A stretch of 63,256 bases of DNA, filler included, from Perkinsus chesapeaki ATCC PRA-425 (GCA_013115145.1; 8 parts of 8 records of this genome joined end to end with filler, not necessarily neighbours in it), one strand, 5' to 3'. Numbered from the whole stretch's first letter, positions 50,349-62,057 are shown. The notes: generated by a model from the sequence alone, not told the origin. Translations and numbers: made by a program.

Positions 50349-50547
50349 ACCCTTAATTATCCCCAGAGGTAACTTCTGGTAGTGTACTTGTATGAAATGT
50401 GGTAAAATATATGAATATAATTGTAAAAATTTACCATTCTTCGGACATCCAGTATTCTCGTGAGGCATTTCTGGGGAACTAGAGGGCACCCAAACCGGTC
50501 CTATTTCCGAGTCGCTGAATGAATGTGATTCATAATTTAATTATCGG

Positions 50548-50717
50548 TTGCCTCAGAGAGGCTTGGGTCCGCCACACTTGACGAAAAGTGCAAGGCCAAG
50601 GCGACAGTTGAGTTGAGGCCCGATCTGGGATCAAGGCCGTCTACTCCCCAGCAAAAAATTGTTGTGACAGTTCTAGCAAGCAGTAGCTTGCATATGAGTT
50701 GTCACACTCATAAGAAC
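50548..50717 (-). ncRNA. U2: U2 snRNA, 5' end (branch-pairing region) lost in the gap
   Basis: GTTCTT then stem IIa ATGAG-TGTGACAA-CTCAT; IIb GCAAGC-TACT-GCTTGC; IIc complement TGTCACA; Sm site AATTTTTTG; loop IV TTGCAC. Confidence 0.88.
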
Positions 50718-50817
50718 NNNNNNNNNNNNNNNNNNNNNNNNNNNNNNNNNNNNNNNNNNNNTTAATTAATTAANNNNNNNNNNNNNNNNNNNNNNNNNNN
50801 NNNNNNNNNNNNNNNNN

Positions 50818-51236
50818 AATTCCGAATAGTCACATTCTTTATATTTCTCCAACCAACCACTCGCTCCTTCTTCCTCAAGGAATCTTTAATAATATTCCTA
50901 ATATAGCTGGGAGGAACCTCAACACGCACTTCTTCACCATAGAAGGCGCCATGCTTAGCGGCCAAGTCTGCCCGCGCGTTACCATAACAACCATTATGTC
51001 CCTTCACCCAAACTAGTCCGAGCTTCTTCTCATTAAGTTCGGCTCTTATCTGACCCAGCAGGCTACACTGTCGATGTCCAGAGATAGCCATTATAACGGA
51101 TTTGGAGTCCACAGCAATTATGCAGTTGCCAGCCAGCTCCAGTGGCACGGCCTTTGAGGCCATGAGTACCGCAACCTCCTCAGCCTGGTCAATACCGCAG
51201 TAACCAGGTAACTTAAAGGATGCCCAACCAATTCTC
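50818..51236 (-). mobile_element. Non-LTR (LINE) retrotransposon RNase H fragment
   Basis: FKLPGYCGIDQAEEVAVLMA...AVDSKSV...WVKGHNGCYGNARADLAAK is the RNase HI pattern of R1/I/Tad-like LINEs. Confidence 0.82.
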
Positions 51237-51239
51237 CGG

Positions 51240-52030
51240 CCGTAGTAGTGGTAGAGACAGAAGCATCAGTTGATGAAACTGTTGTGCTGAACTGAGGTGT
51301 ACTTGAAGAGACAGTCGTTGAAGATGTCGTTTTAGAACCACTCCTTGCTCGAGTTGTCGTAGTGGGAGAGTCGCTGGATGAACTTCTCGTTGAAGTACTC
51401 GTGCTACCGCTCGTAGTGGAGCTACTCGTTACAGGCCTTGTAGTGGTCGATTCACTTGTAGTGGAGCTGCTCGTGACAGGCCTTGTAGTGGTCGATTCGC
51501 TTGTAGTGGAGCTACTCGTCACAGGCCTTGTAGTGGTCGATTCACTTGTAGTGGAGCTGCTAGTTACAGGCCTTGTAGTGGTCGATTTACTTGTAGTAGA
51601 GCTGCTAGTTACAGGCCTTGTAGTGGTCGATTCACTTGTAGTGGAACTGCTCGTAGCTGTACTTGTAGTGGTCGATTCACTTGTAGTTACAGGCCTTGTA
51701 GTGGTCGATTCACTTGTAGTGGAGCTGCTCGTTACGGGCCTTGTAGTGGTCGATTCACTTGTAGTGGAGCTGCTCGTTACAGGCCTTGTAGTGGTCGATT
51801 CACTTGTAGTGGAACTACTTGTCACAGGCCTTGTAGTGGTCGAGATGGGAATAGTTGTAGATGGACGAGTCGTAGCTACATGACCAGAAGTGGTTGTTGA
51901 TGATGAAGTAGTAGTAGATGATAGTGGTGTATTTTGGGTAGTACTTGCAGCAGTCGGTGCAGAACTAGTCATAGTTGTAGTACTTATTCTAGTCGTAGTA
52001 CTCCTTGTTGTTGTATGAGGAGAAAGTGAG
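51240..52030 (-). CDS. Mucin-like Thr/Ser-rich protein fragment
   Basis: Open frame from the contig edge with about 10 copies of TTTRPVTSSSTTSES. Confidence 0.7.
51405..51845. repeat. 45-bp coding tandem repeat
   Basis: ACAGGCCTTGTAGTGGTCGATTC at 51431, 51476 and onward; variation is mostly at third codon positions of the minus frame; one unit is shortened. Confidence 0.93.
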
Positions 52031-52130
52031 NNNNNNNNNNNNNNNNNNNNNNNNNNNNNNNNNNNNNNNNNNNNTTAATTAATTAANNNNNNNNNNNNNN
52101 NNNNNNNNNNNNNNNNNNNNNNNNNNNNNN

Positions 52131-53040
52131 CTCTACGCTATCTACAAGACATAACTGATGACAATTTAGGACGATTCACTATCTTACACTGCACTGGCCC
52201 GAGCAACAGCGCCGATGTCTATACCCGCCATCCTCTACTAGGTCTCCTCACGAACAACGACCACTATAATGATATTAATCTCCCGCTTACACCTACAAAT
52301 ACCACCCTATCATTAATGGCTATCAAACGACCTGCATCAGTAACTACCTTTCCGAGTGCTAAACATCCACGAACTGCCTCAACTACCGCCCCCTATCCTT
52401 ACCAACTACTACTTCCACCTCTTGATACATCACTGCCCGAAATTCTGCGGACAGGTGCTACTGTCAGTAAAAATGAACGACAACAACTACTACATCAACT
52501 ACATCATGACTACGGACATAAAGGTGCTACAACTATCAACAAACGTGTTCGTGCATTCAACATCATGGCCCAACGTTGCCGACGAGATCAACAAGCTCAC
52601 CAAACAATGTCATACATGCCAAGCTACAATCAATTATCCTCAAGACGGCTCACTAAAATCCCCACCATCTACTATACCCCAAGCAACGAGTAGCTCACAA
52701 GCATGGTCCGTTATCTACATGGATGCTATCGGTCCTCATACTTTTGACGACAAACCTGACTATTCTATCACTGTTATGGACAGCTACTCTTCATCGGTCA
52801 TTATCTATCCGACCCTATCAAGACCTACAGCTCAAGACGCTATTGATGCCCTCACTACAATCCAACGCTACTACCATCGTCATCCTGCTGGTCTAAAGAT
52901 ACTAACAGACAGAGGTTCCATCTTTACCTCAACCCTGTTCGATAATCATATAGATTCTATCCAAGCTGAACATCTACTCTCTCCCGTTGATTGTGGTGAA
53001 GCAAACGGACGACTGGAACGACTACACCGTGAAATAGCAC
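52131..53040 (+). pseudogene. Ty3/Gypsy-like RNase H end plus integrase, frameshifted and truncated
   Basis: HCTGPSNSADVYTR; HHDYGHKG / WPNVADEINKLTKQCHTCQ split across frames near 52560; IYMDAIGP, LTDRGSIF, ANGRLERLH. Confidence 0.85.
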
Positions 53041-53883
53041 ATAAGCGGCGGCGGCGATGTTATGATGTTATGATGTTAGATGGTGGCAGCGTTAGAATGT
53101 GGTGTTACTTCACGAAAGGTCGTGGGTTCAACCCTCAGGGAAACTAAATCAAATCATTAAAATTCGAACATCGATTTGTGGTTCAACACGTTACGTAGTT
53201 TGGGCTGTGCTACTCGTTTGCGCCCGGTATGCCGAATCGGCATTGCCATGTCGAATTTCCCTTCCGAGGTAGCATACCTCGAATACTGGTTCATCAAGAA
53301 ATTTTCATGTGCCGCATTTGAGTGTTGAATGCTGGGAGACTCGGCAGATCGACTGTAGTTCTTCTACGTTGCAGATGTAGCGAAGGCGTTAGTTTCCAAG
53401 GCCAGCAACCGTGAGGTCCGGGTTCAATTCCCGCGGGGACTGTGGGTAGCGGCTCATTTGGACAAGAAGCCCACTTGCGGTGCGTGAAAATGTTTAAGGC
53501 GGGTCGCGGAGCCGCTCCGCGACTTGCCTAAAAAGTTTTTGTACGTATGAGATGACGATGTACGGGTCAATAGTCGTTCCGTTGATTCTCGAAACCTTAT
53601 GAATCACTATCGAATCAGTCGGTTGGGTGTAGGGGTGAGGACCAGTGGCTCAGCAGATGTCCCACAGAGCCACGGTCACGGGATGCGCTCCGTAACTTTA
53701 AGCATATAAACTACCATTGGACTATAAACTACCAACAAAGGAGCGTCCCGTCACCCACTCTCACCCTTAAACCCAACCTTGCACCAGTCATAGAAACTAG
53801 CACATTACACTCCCTCACAACCAGGAGCCTAACCTTGATCACACGCAAAACTCGTCTCTTCAACGTGAGACGGCTCAAAAACA

Positions 53884-54822
53884 TCAAGAACCTCCATCGA
53901 GAATCTTACTCGCATTTCCCCTGGTTTTCTTGATCAATGCTCTCTTTGCATAGGCATGCCAAACTGAGCTGGATTGGCTCCAGCCGCCTGAAGTCCTAAC
54001 TGTACTATCATCACAGCCCGACTCCACCAAAATAGAGGCCCCGCTGTGGCGAAAGGAATGGGCCGTTAGGCCCTCAATCGCCCAATCGCAGATATGATGC
54101 GGATACCATATGCCCTCTAAACTGCTCTCCAAACTTGTTCGTATTCATAAGGGACACTCTAGGAAACAATCTGCCTTCATCGCCACATACCCGTTTCTTC
54201 TTCTGAAGCCAGTGAGCCATGCAGAAGTACTTCCTGCAATCATAGGGACGATCGCAGACTGTTTCTCTATTCTCATTAATCTGGGTTTTTGTCGGACCCA
54301 GGCTTACCGTGACTAGCAGACCCGGAGCTTCAACAACACACTCAATGTCTCTCCCTCTCAGTGATTTCACGTCATCGAACCGAAGGACCATGCAGGTTGC
54401 AGGCATCACGAATTTCACAGTCCAACCACCAGAGCCCTCCACCAGAGACATTCTCGCTAGTGCCTTCACCGCCTCGTCACATAAGGTTTCCGCTTTCTTG
54501 GGGGGCCTAGCATTCCGCTGCAATCGAGCCTGCCCTCCTTTCAAAGCTCTTTCTATAAAGCCATTCTCCTCACGACTAAACGCTACACCCAGCTTAATCC
54601 CCCCTATGGTTTTCAAACCCGCGATATACTTCCGTAACGTGCTCGGCAAGATGTTACCTTGCTCCGTCAAGAATACGATCATGTCCATGATCTTTACAAC
54701 GGTCAACGGATTGCTCACGCTTATCTCTCCGTGTAACCTTTCATAATATTTTACAGCCGTTTGGTACGATTGATTAGTCCTCTCTTTTATGGAGTCTGCC
54801 AACAAGGCTTTCCTATCCTCTA
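53884..54822 (-). pseudogene. DIRS/Ngaro-type tyrosine recombinase with a frameshift
   Basis: SAM-like N-terminus (TNQSYQTAVKYY, PSTLRKYIAGLK), catalytic R (VLRFDDV) and K (TKTQ), then in another frame HSFRHSGA, GGWSQ and AY. Confidence 0.88.
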
Positions 54823-54922
54823 NNNNNNNNNNNNNNNNNNNNNNNNNNNNNNNNNNNNNNNNNNNNTTAATTAATTAANNNNNNNNNNNNNNNNNNNNNN
54901 NNNNNNNNNNNNNNNNNNNNNN

Positions 54923-55066
54923 ATTTTTATGCCTCCACTTCCTCATTACATTTATATATTATTTTTATGCCTCCACTTCCTCATTACATTTATATTTTAT
55001 TTTTATGCCTCCACTTCCTCATTACATTTATATATTATTTTTATGCCTCCACTTCCTCATTACATT
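54923..55066. repeat. 38-bp minisatellite, 4 copies
   Basis: GCCTCCACTTCCTCATTACATTT at 54931, 54969, 55007 and 55045. Confidence 0.92.
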
Positions 55067-55613
55067 TTCCTATCTAGATCGTTCTACCTCTCAAGCTCTA
55101 TCCGAGGATCGTCGTAGTGTTGGTGCCGATGGCGATGACCGTAACTTATTCCCACGGTTAGGTCGGCGTCTCTTTGGTGTTGTTAAGCACCGTGAGCACC
55201 ATTGACTGCTCGGCGGTGGTGACAAAACCCCCGGCTACAATTGTACATTGTTTTTTGTTTAGTTGATTTCTCGGAGTTAGTTGTCGTACTTGAGTTTCAG
55301 TGCAGCAATGTTCGATTAGCTTTCGGGTGGTTGGAATTCAGCAGAAACCCGCCACTGCCGAAGTACACGTGATCTGGGGCGCGCGTTTGGTGTTTCCATT
55401 TGACACGGAATTTTGTTGAAACACCCTCATAGTAGAGAAGTAACGAATAGTTCCGAGTCGATACCGGCGAATCTGCAACTGCAGTCTATCTGTTCTGTCT
55501 AGGTTATGGAAATCGTTACACTAGATAGTATTAGATTCAATGCATATAAGATGCTCGGTATGAAGCAGGACCTATCTGTTGGCAGTTTTTGTTTGGTTCT
55601 TCCCCCAGCAGTG

Positions 55614-58600
55614 ATGATGATGATGTCTGGTACGATGTCCTCATCAAACTTCTCGCTGACTGATCTGGCGAGATCTCATGTCATACAAGATATGATAGGA
55701 CAAGTTAGGGCCAAACTGAGTCCAAATAAACGGTCGGAGGGAACGGTAGTAGTTGGGGGAAGTGGGACAGAGGGGCATTGAATTGTGTGCTGGATGTGAC
55801 TTGCATCACCTCACTTTGAAACTGATAAAGTAATCCATTCTTAGATTACCTCATCTTGAATCGGATGTAGTAATTCACCCATTTGTCATCTAGTTTGTAG
55901 CTTAGTTAAAAGTCGATGAATTAAGGTGTTTTTTTCATTTAGGGATCCTCTCCAGCAGTGAGGCCTCTGGCATTGGTAATAGATGCTGTCAGCCCTACCG
56001 GCATATTGAATGTGATTATATATAGATACTTGATTATCATGCCCTAAAGGTTGTATCGGGTTGCTGTAGCACTACTGATTTACTGGAGGAAGGTAGTAGC
56101 TGAGGAGGGAAGGTGTCGTTCAAGCCTCTCCCATCCCATCGGGAGTCGTTTTCGTCATACTGTCTTGAGGAAGCAATGAAAACTTAATTTGATTTGATTC
56201 TTAATCTGTGCGCTGAAAACGAGTTATTTTCCCCCTGAGATTTTCGGTATATTTGCGTATCATCGAGCTGCAGAGTTTCGTCACCGTAGGGGCTGAGGCA
56301 GTTTTCTTGCCGAGTTCTGGGAATCGATTCGACAGTTTGCTTAAGTTTCGTAAAGCAATGTGATTTGCAAATACACCACCACCCATTGACTGATAGCTAG
56401 CAGGGGGGAGCCGGAGAGGCCTCAAGGCTGAGGAAGAAATTGACGGGGGCAACGTAACTATCGTCAATGAGACGATTCATTGGATCGCAACGTGGATCGG
56501 ATCTAATCAACACTCGACCGAAAGCTCAGGGTGTGGAGGAGAACCTTTCGATCGAGCTGCTTGTCGTCGAGGAGCAGATTTCCATTTGAGGAGATTGTCG
56601 TTGATCAGATATCGGAATTATAGATCTGCTTGAGAACGATCGTGAACTGGCGAGTGATTATGATGCAGTTTATCTGATTCAACCTACACCGGTAGTATCT
56701 TGAGGTTAACCGTGCAAGATACGAAAGAGGTTGATTTGTTTTAGAGCTCGATTGATTATATAGTGAGGGATTTCAAGGATGTAGATAGTGATCCTAAAAA
56801 GAAGAAGGAAAAGGTAGTACCGAACTGAATGCGACGTGCAATATTGCTGGAAAACTCCCCTATATAGAGCAAGAAATAATATATTATATATTATTGGTGT
56901 ATCATTAAATAATCATCATTATTATCATTATATTATACTCATTATGACTGCCATAATTGATACCTCGAAATTTGTAAAATAATATTAGAATGCAGACTGG
57001 ATTATTATAGAACTGTAGAATAATATTACTGTAGCACGCATCTGCAGAGCCCACTTCCGGTACCCACACGACACTCCACGAGAGACGACTTGGATTTTGC
57101 TTGGCGTTTCGGTTTCATCATGTGTTCGGAATAGGGCGGTTTATAGGGTTTGAGTCCTCCTCCTACTAGGCAGTGCTGGTCTAAGTCGATGCCTGCCGTC
57201 TTAGAAGTTATTCGTTTTTTCTATCAGTTTCGACCAAAGTATCGCTCAGCATTTGTGTACTGTACGAGCCCGCTACCGAAGAGAGCGATCGATCAGCTGG
57301 CGCCGGTGGCTGATGTAATGAGGAGTATCTTTAGGTTGAGCGAGGTTTGATCGATTTGGTTTTCAGTTTGTAAATCGTTGTGGAGCATTGGTCGACTTCT
57401 TCCAAGATTATGTCTGTTTTGACGAGCGGTCTTATCAGTGTGATGAGCCGTTTGCAATAAAGGCGTAAGTTATTAGAGGATCTTGCAATCTTGATAAATC
57501 TTGCATTTTCCTAAATCCCAGGCTCTCCGCAGAGTGCTCTGATGCTCACTTTGTGAATACCCACTTGAACTCCATTCTATCAGTATGTACTACGCTGAAT
57601 CAGAAGGTAAAATGGTGGTGCCGTACGTTTGATATTTCGTGGCGTGTGACGCTGTGTTGGTATTTGTTTGATTCAGCCGAGCGTTATAAGATATCAAGCA
57701 AACACTCGATCGGGATTCCCGAAAATAATTGCGGAAAAATTGATGCAGAATTTGGATCTGGTAAGGAGGTGGGATTCGAACCAGGGCCGACGGATTGGGA
57801 GGTCGAGGAACTAACGACTACGCTATTATTCAGGTGTATTCCGAGTCTACTGGAAAGCCTCCACAGAGTAACTCTAAAGTCCTGATTGTGGACAGGTGAG
57901 AAGGGGTTGGATTGGGATGAAGTAGGAGTTATCGAGAAATCCAACTTGGTAACCCTGTGTCTGCACAACCAAAACTCTAATTGGATTGCTAAGAAGTCTC
58001 CTGTGGCAGGGAATTCACCCGTTACAGAAGGTAGGAGGATAGTGCCTCCAATCCACCTGTTACAGGAGGTAGGAGGATAGTGCCTCCAATCCACCTGTTA
58101 CAGGAGGTAGGAGGATAGTGCCTCCAATCCACCTGTTACAGGAGGTAGGAGGATAGTGCCTCTAATCCACCTGTTACAGAAGGTAGGAGGATAGTGCCTC
58201 CAATCCACCTGTTACAGGAGGTAGGAGGATAGTGCCTCCTGTAATTGCTAAGGCTGTTGAGTAGGTGGGGTTTCATTCACTGAGGGTCAACCCTTTTATT
58301 GAAAGTGAGCTAGTACTTGAGACTCGTACTATTTAGAAGTCGTCTATGCCATCATAATATGTGGCGGTATAATGTTTGTGCCATCACATGAACCGTGAAC
58401 AGGCTTCACTGTCGTCATGTCACGTTCTACCGTGGTGAATATCTTAGCTCAATGTCCCTCTGTTGATGTGCCTCCCTGTGAGAATTCCACCCAACTGCAC
58501 ACCGGCAATCTGAAAATTTGAGGGTAGCATCAGTTTTAGTTGGTCCGTCTGAATTTAGGGTACACCGGAGGTGGAGCGGTGTACTTAGATGATTACTTAA

Positions 58601-61600
58601 CCGTGGGGGTTGTAATGGAAAAGCCTTGACGGTTACGTGAAGCGCTACTTGACGGCTGCTGCGCATTTGATCAGGTCAATCGATATAGCCTCTCTATTGG
58701 TTCATGACTTCCACTATGAGGATATGGTGTTGGATTGCCTTGATTCAGCTGGTGTGGAGTGGAGCCTTGGGGAGGAAGATGAATTGGCGACTGATGATAA
58801 TGATGGTAGGCACACTCGGGTCAAGGAAATGGGGGAGAAGGGGATTTGATGATTGCGAAGTGGAGAAGTGGATGAATGAGTCGTAGGGAATTGCTACGGC
58901 TTCTGAGTGCGCTTGGAATGATGATGAGTTATTGCTAATGAGCCGGAAGGCAGTTATGCATTGCAGAGTGGTGCAACAGCTTATCGATGTTATGTTATTT
59001 TATATATATTCTATTAACATGTATATTATTGATTATATTTTTTTATATTATTACTTAATGTATACTTATGCTTGTTGTTAGCTGCATCTAAAGTGTCTGT
59101 GGTCCCCAGTTATCTGTATAAGTACGAGGAGAATGGACAAGCCAAACAGGAAAGGGTAAGTGATCCTGATGATCCCCTCAGTGTGTCTTGAAACCTGCTT
59201 CAATAGCCTTTATTATTGTAATATTATGAACTATATACGATTGAATATCATCTGAACTATCAATCATTGAACTATCAGTTCAGTAGCTTCCTTGTCTGTA
59301 CTGAATTATTATCACTACTTAGATGTTGTTGTCGGAGAGGACTGATGAGATGTGGGCTAAATACAGGCATATGCATATAGCAGAAGTATCATCAATTATA
59401 CAGAAGGATATACAGGAATTCAATGATACTAGCAAAATCAGTAAGTGAAACGGCTGGAATCGATCATTGTCGCATATGTGATCCGAGCGTCGGACTTGTT
59501 GTATATTCCATATTCGCTGGATATGCAAATGAGGATTTTTTGGTGAAGGAGTTTGAGGGCAAAACTGTTTGGGCAGAATTCTTCGTCATTTTACTATTTC
59601 TTCCTTCATCATTCTATGTGGTAGGTAAACTACAGAACAGTGATGGCGAAAATGGTGGAGTGAAAGAAGGTGTTGAGGCTGTTAGAGAGCTACCGATATA
59701 CAAAGAGAAACTGAAAAAGTAAGTCTTATGGGAATTGACACGGTCAATAGATGATGAGGTTTGCAGTATGTGCTGAGAGCCCCCGCGTTATGCCCCTTTT
59801 ACCTCGACACTTCACGCGCCACGAAATTACAAGAGCTGCTATTGTTATTGAATCCGTTGTTGTTAGGTATTCTATGCATGTTGATATCATTAATGCTTGT
59901 AACAATTGTATTGAGACTTTGAATTTGGGACAGGTTGCTGAGGTAAGGGCGGCGAGGTTAAAAATCGGTATCATGTATGCTACTGGTACTGTGTTTAACG
60001 TATAGGAAATCATCCGGCTTTGGGAACATAGGTTTCTGGAATATTGATGAGCCGAAATAGGGAATTTGGAAGCTAATATATTTCTGAAGCGATGAGAAAC
60101 GTTGAGCTCACTCCTCGTAGGAACCTTCGATGCCCCTCTAGGGGGGGTCATTAGCCTCGATCGAATGTGTTTCTAGTGCGGAAAAATACAATGGAAATTT
60201 TGGTGGAAAAGACGATCTTGGCGCGGAAAGAAGCATCGAATGCAGTCCTCCTGTGCATGTCTAACGTTTGCTTGTGGCTCCCGGCTACTGCTGCTGGTAT
60301 GGTGTTGTGTATTCAGGTGGAGCAGTGCCTGGCTACCGGAGTCGATGATGATGGTCATGCTATCACCAGTGATGCAGTCCTGTCTAAGATGGATCCATTA
60401 CTGACTAGCAGTACTGTTGGTGAAGAACAGAAGTTGAGGCTTATTGCATTGTAAGATTCTTACTGCGAAAATTGAGCAAGATAATAGACAGCTCATGCGG
60501 ACTACTTGAGATGAAGAACAGATCTAGACCGGGGGAGAGCGAATGATTTGATTAGGCTTTTTACCTAGATGAGAGTCTAGTGATTAACCACGCAACCGGG
60601 TGGGGTTCGGTAATTGTGAAAAAGTGTACTCCACTTTAAGAACTATATTTTGTGGGTCAGTTTGTGAATATAATAGACATCAGAACGTGTTAATGATTTT
60701 GTTACTGTTTTATGTGTGTTAATATGTGATCTTGGCATCATCATTGCCAGCAATGCTCTCGTCAATACTTCCAATTGCTTCTTTTCGCCAGGGGGAATAG
60801 TATGACGCCACGTGTTGCTTCCAATGTACGTCCCCGACTGTATACAAACAACCTGATTATATGTTATGTTATAATATTAAAGCCAGTCTTCCAGATGGAT
60901 ACGGTTATTTCAAGTAGCATCTTGTGTGTTTAGGTACCTTTGTTATATGGATGGGTGTACTGAGCCCTTTGCTGAGTCGTTAATACGGAAAGCTGGTCTA
61001 GCGGATAGTGTTATGGAAGAGGCTATAATGGACTTGCTCAAACTACGATTACATCCAGCACATAATGTTGCAAGTAGGGGACAGTGAGGTCACTTTCACT
61101 GCTGAGAGGGTGTTAATTGTATAACTCTACGAAGGCAAGTTGGCCTATACATTGCTATATTTGACAAGTCTATTATATAATATAAACTTGTATTATGCTT
61201 TTTAGAAGTGAGAAATCCATGTATGAACTATATCTCATATAATTGATATGCATGTTAGATATTATATATAATATGATGAACTTGAGTGAATAGTTATTGG
61301 ATTTCTTGTTTCAGGTGCTACTGCGTCTACTAGTAAACAAACGCATATCTACGCTAAAAATAAGGCTATGCTTAAGAAGAATAAGGATAGGGCAAAGAAG
61401 GCTCCCATACGGATAAGCCGTTTTGTAAGTCCTAAATATGCTGCTTTTCACTAGCTAATGGAAGTACCTCAATTATCCTGGGCTACACTGAACTCCTTCC
61501 GCGTTTTGCATAGAACGTGTCCCGTGGTGTCCCTGATATAACTGGTACACATTTGATTATGTTTATGAATAGGTGCCGAGGCTAGGTGATGTGATGGAAC

Positions 61601-61957
61601 AAATGCAGACTAATATGGTAGACGAAGACGCATTCCCTAATGTTTGCCCGGCAAAGAATAGTGAGGATGAGTTTCGCTTGAGGTGATGGCATTTATCATT
61701 GTTCAGCTGTGGCTGCCTCGGGAAGAACGGCTTACGCATCTGGCGGAGTTCGCGGACCGAGAGCGTAAGTGAATCGACCCTTGTGGTACCTGCACGCGTC
61801 GAGCTAAGATATGTTTCAGGGGAAGTCTATCACCGGGGCGAAGTGCATTCCAAGGATTGGGCAGCGCTGCTAATTGGGGAGGCGAAAGTCCTAGAGGCCG
61901 ATCAGCGCCGTCAGCTGGAGGCAAAGACAAGCTTATAGTGCGTACAGTTTCATGAGT
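55614..61957 (+). CDS. SEC1: Sec1/Munc18 (SM) family protein, many exons, 3' truncated
   Basis: YDAVYLIQPT, SVCTTLNQK/PSVIRYQ, IRSIDIASLLVHDFHYEDMV, EMWAKYRHMHIAE, RELPIYKEKLKKYSMHVDI, VEQCLATGVD, QKLRLIALY, RISRFVPRLGDVME. Confidence 0.92.
57761..57833 (-). pseudogene. Decayed tRNA (Gly-CCC register) occupying a whole Sec1 intron in antisense
   Basis: Reverse complement TAGCGTAGTCGTTAG...CT-CCC-AA...GGTTCGAATCC keeps canonical spacing, but the stems are broken. Confidence 0.65.
58018..58243. repeat. 38-bp intronic minisatellite, about 6 copies
   Basis: GTTACAG at 58021, 58059, 58097, 58135, 58173 and 58211; no spacers. Confidence 0.93.
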
Positions 61958-62057
61958 NNNNNNNNNNNNNNNNNNNNNNNNNNNNNNNNNNNNNNNNNNN
62001 NTTAATTAATTAANNNNNNNNNNNNNNNNNNNNNNNNNNNNNNNNNNNNNNNNNNNN

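Noticed and set aside
51362-51883. Plus-strand VVELLV-repeat 'membrane protein' ORF
   Set aside because: It is the antisense shadow of the Thr/Ser mucin repeat.
58018-58243. CRISPR-like array
   Set aside because: No spacers, eukaryotic context and no cas genes; it is a plain tandem repeat.
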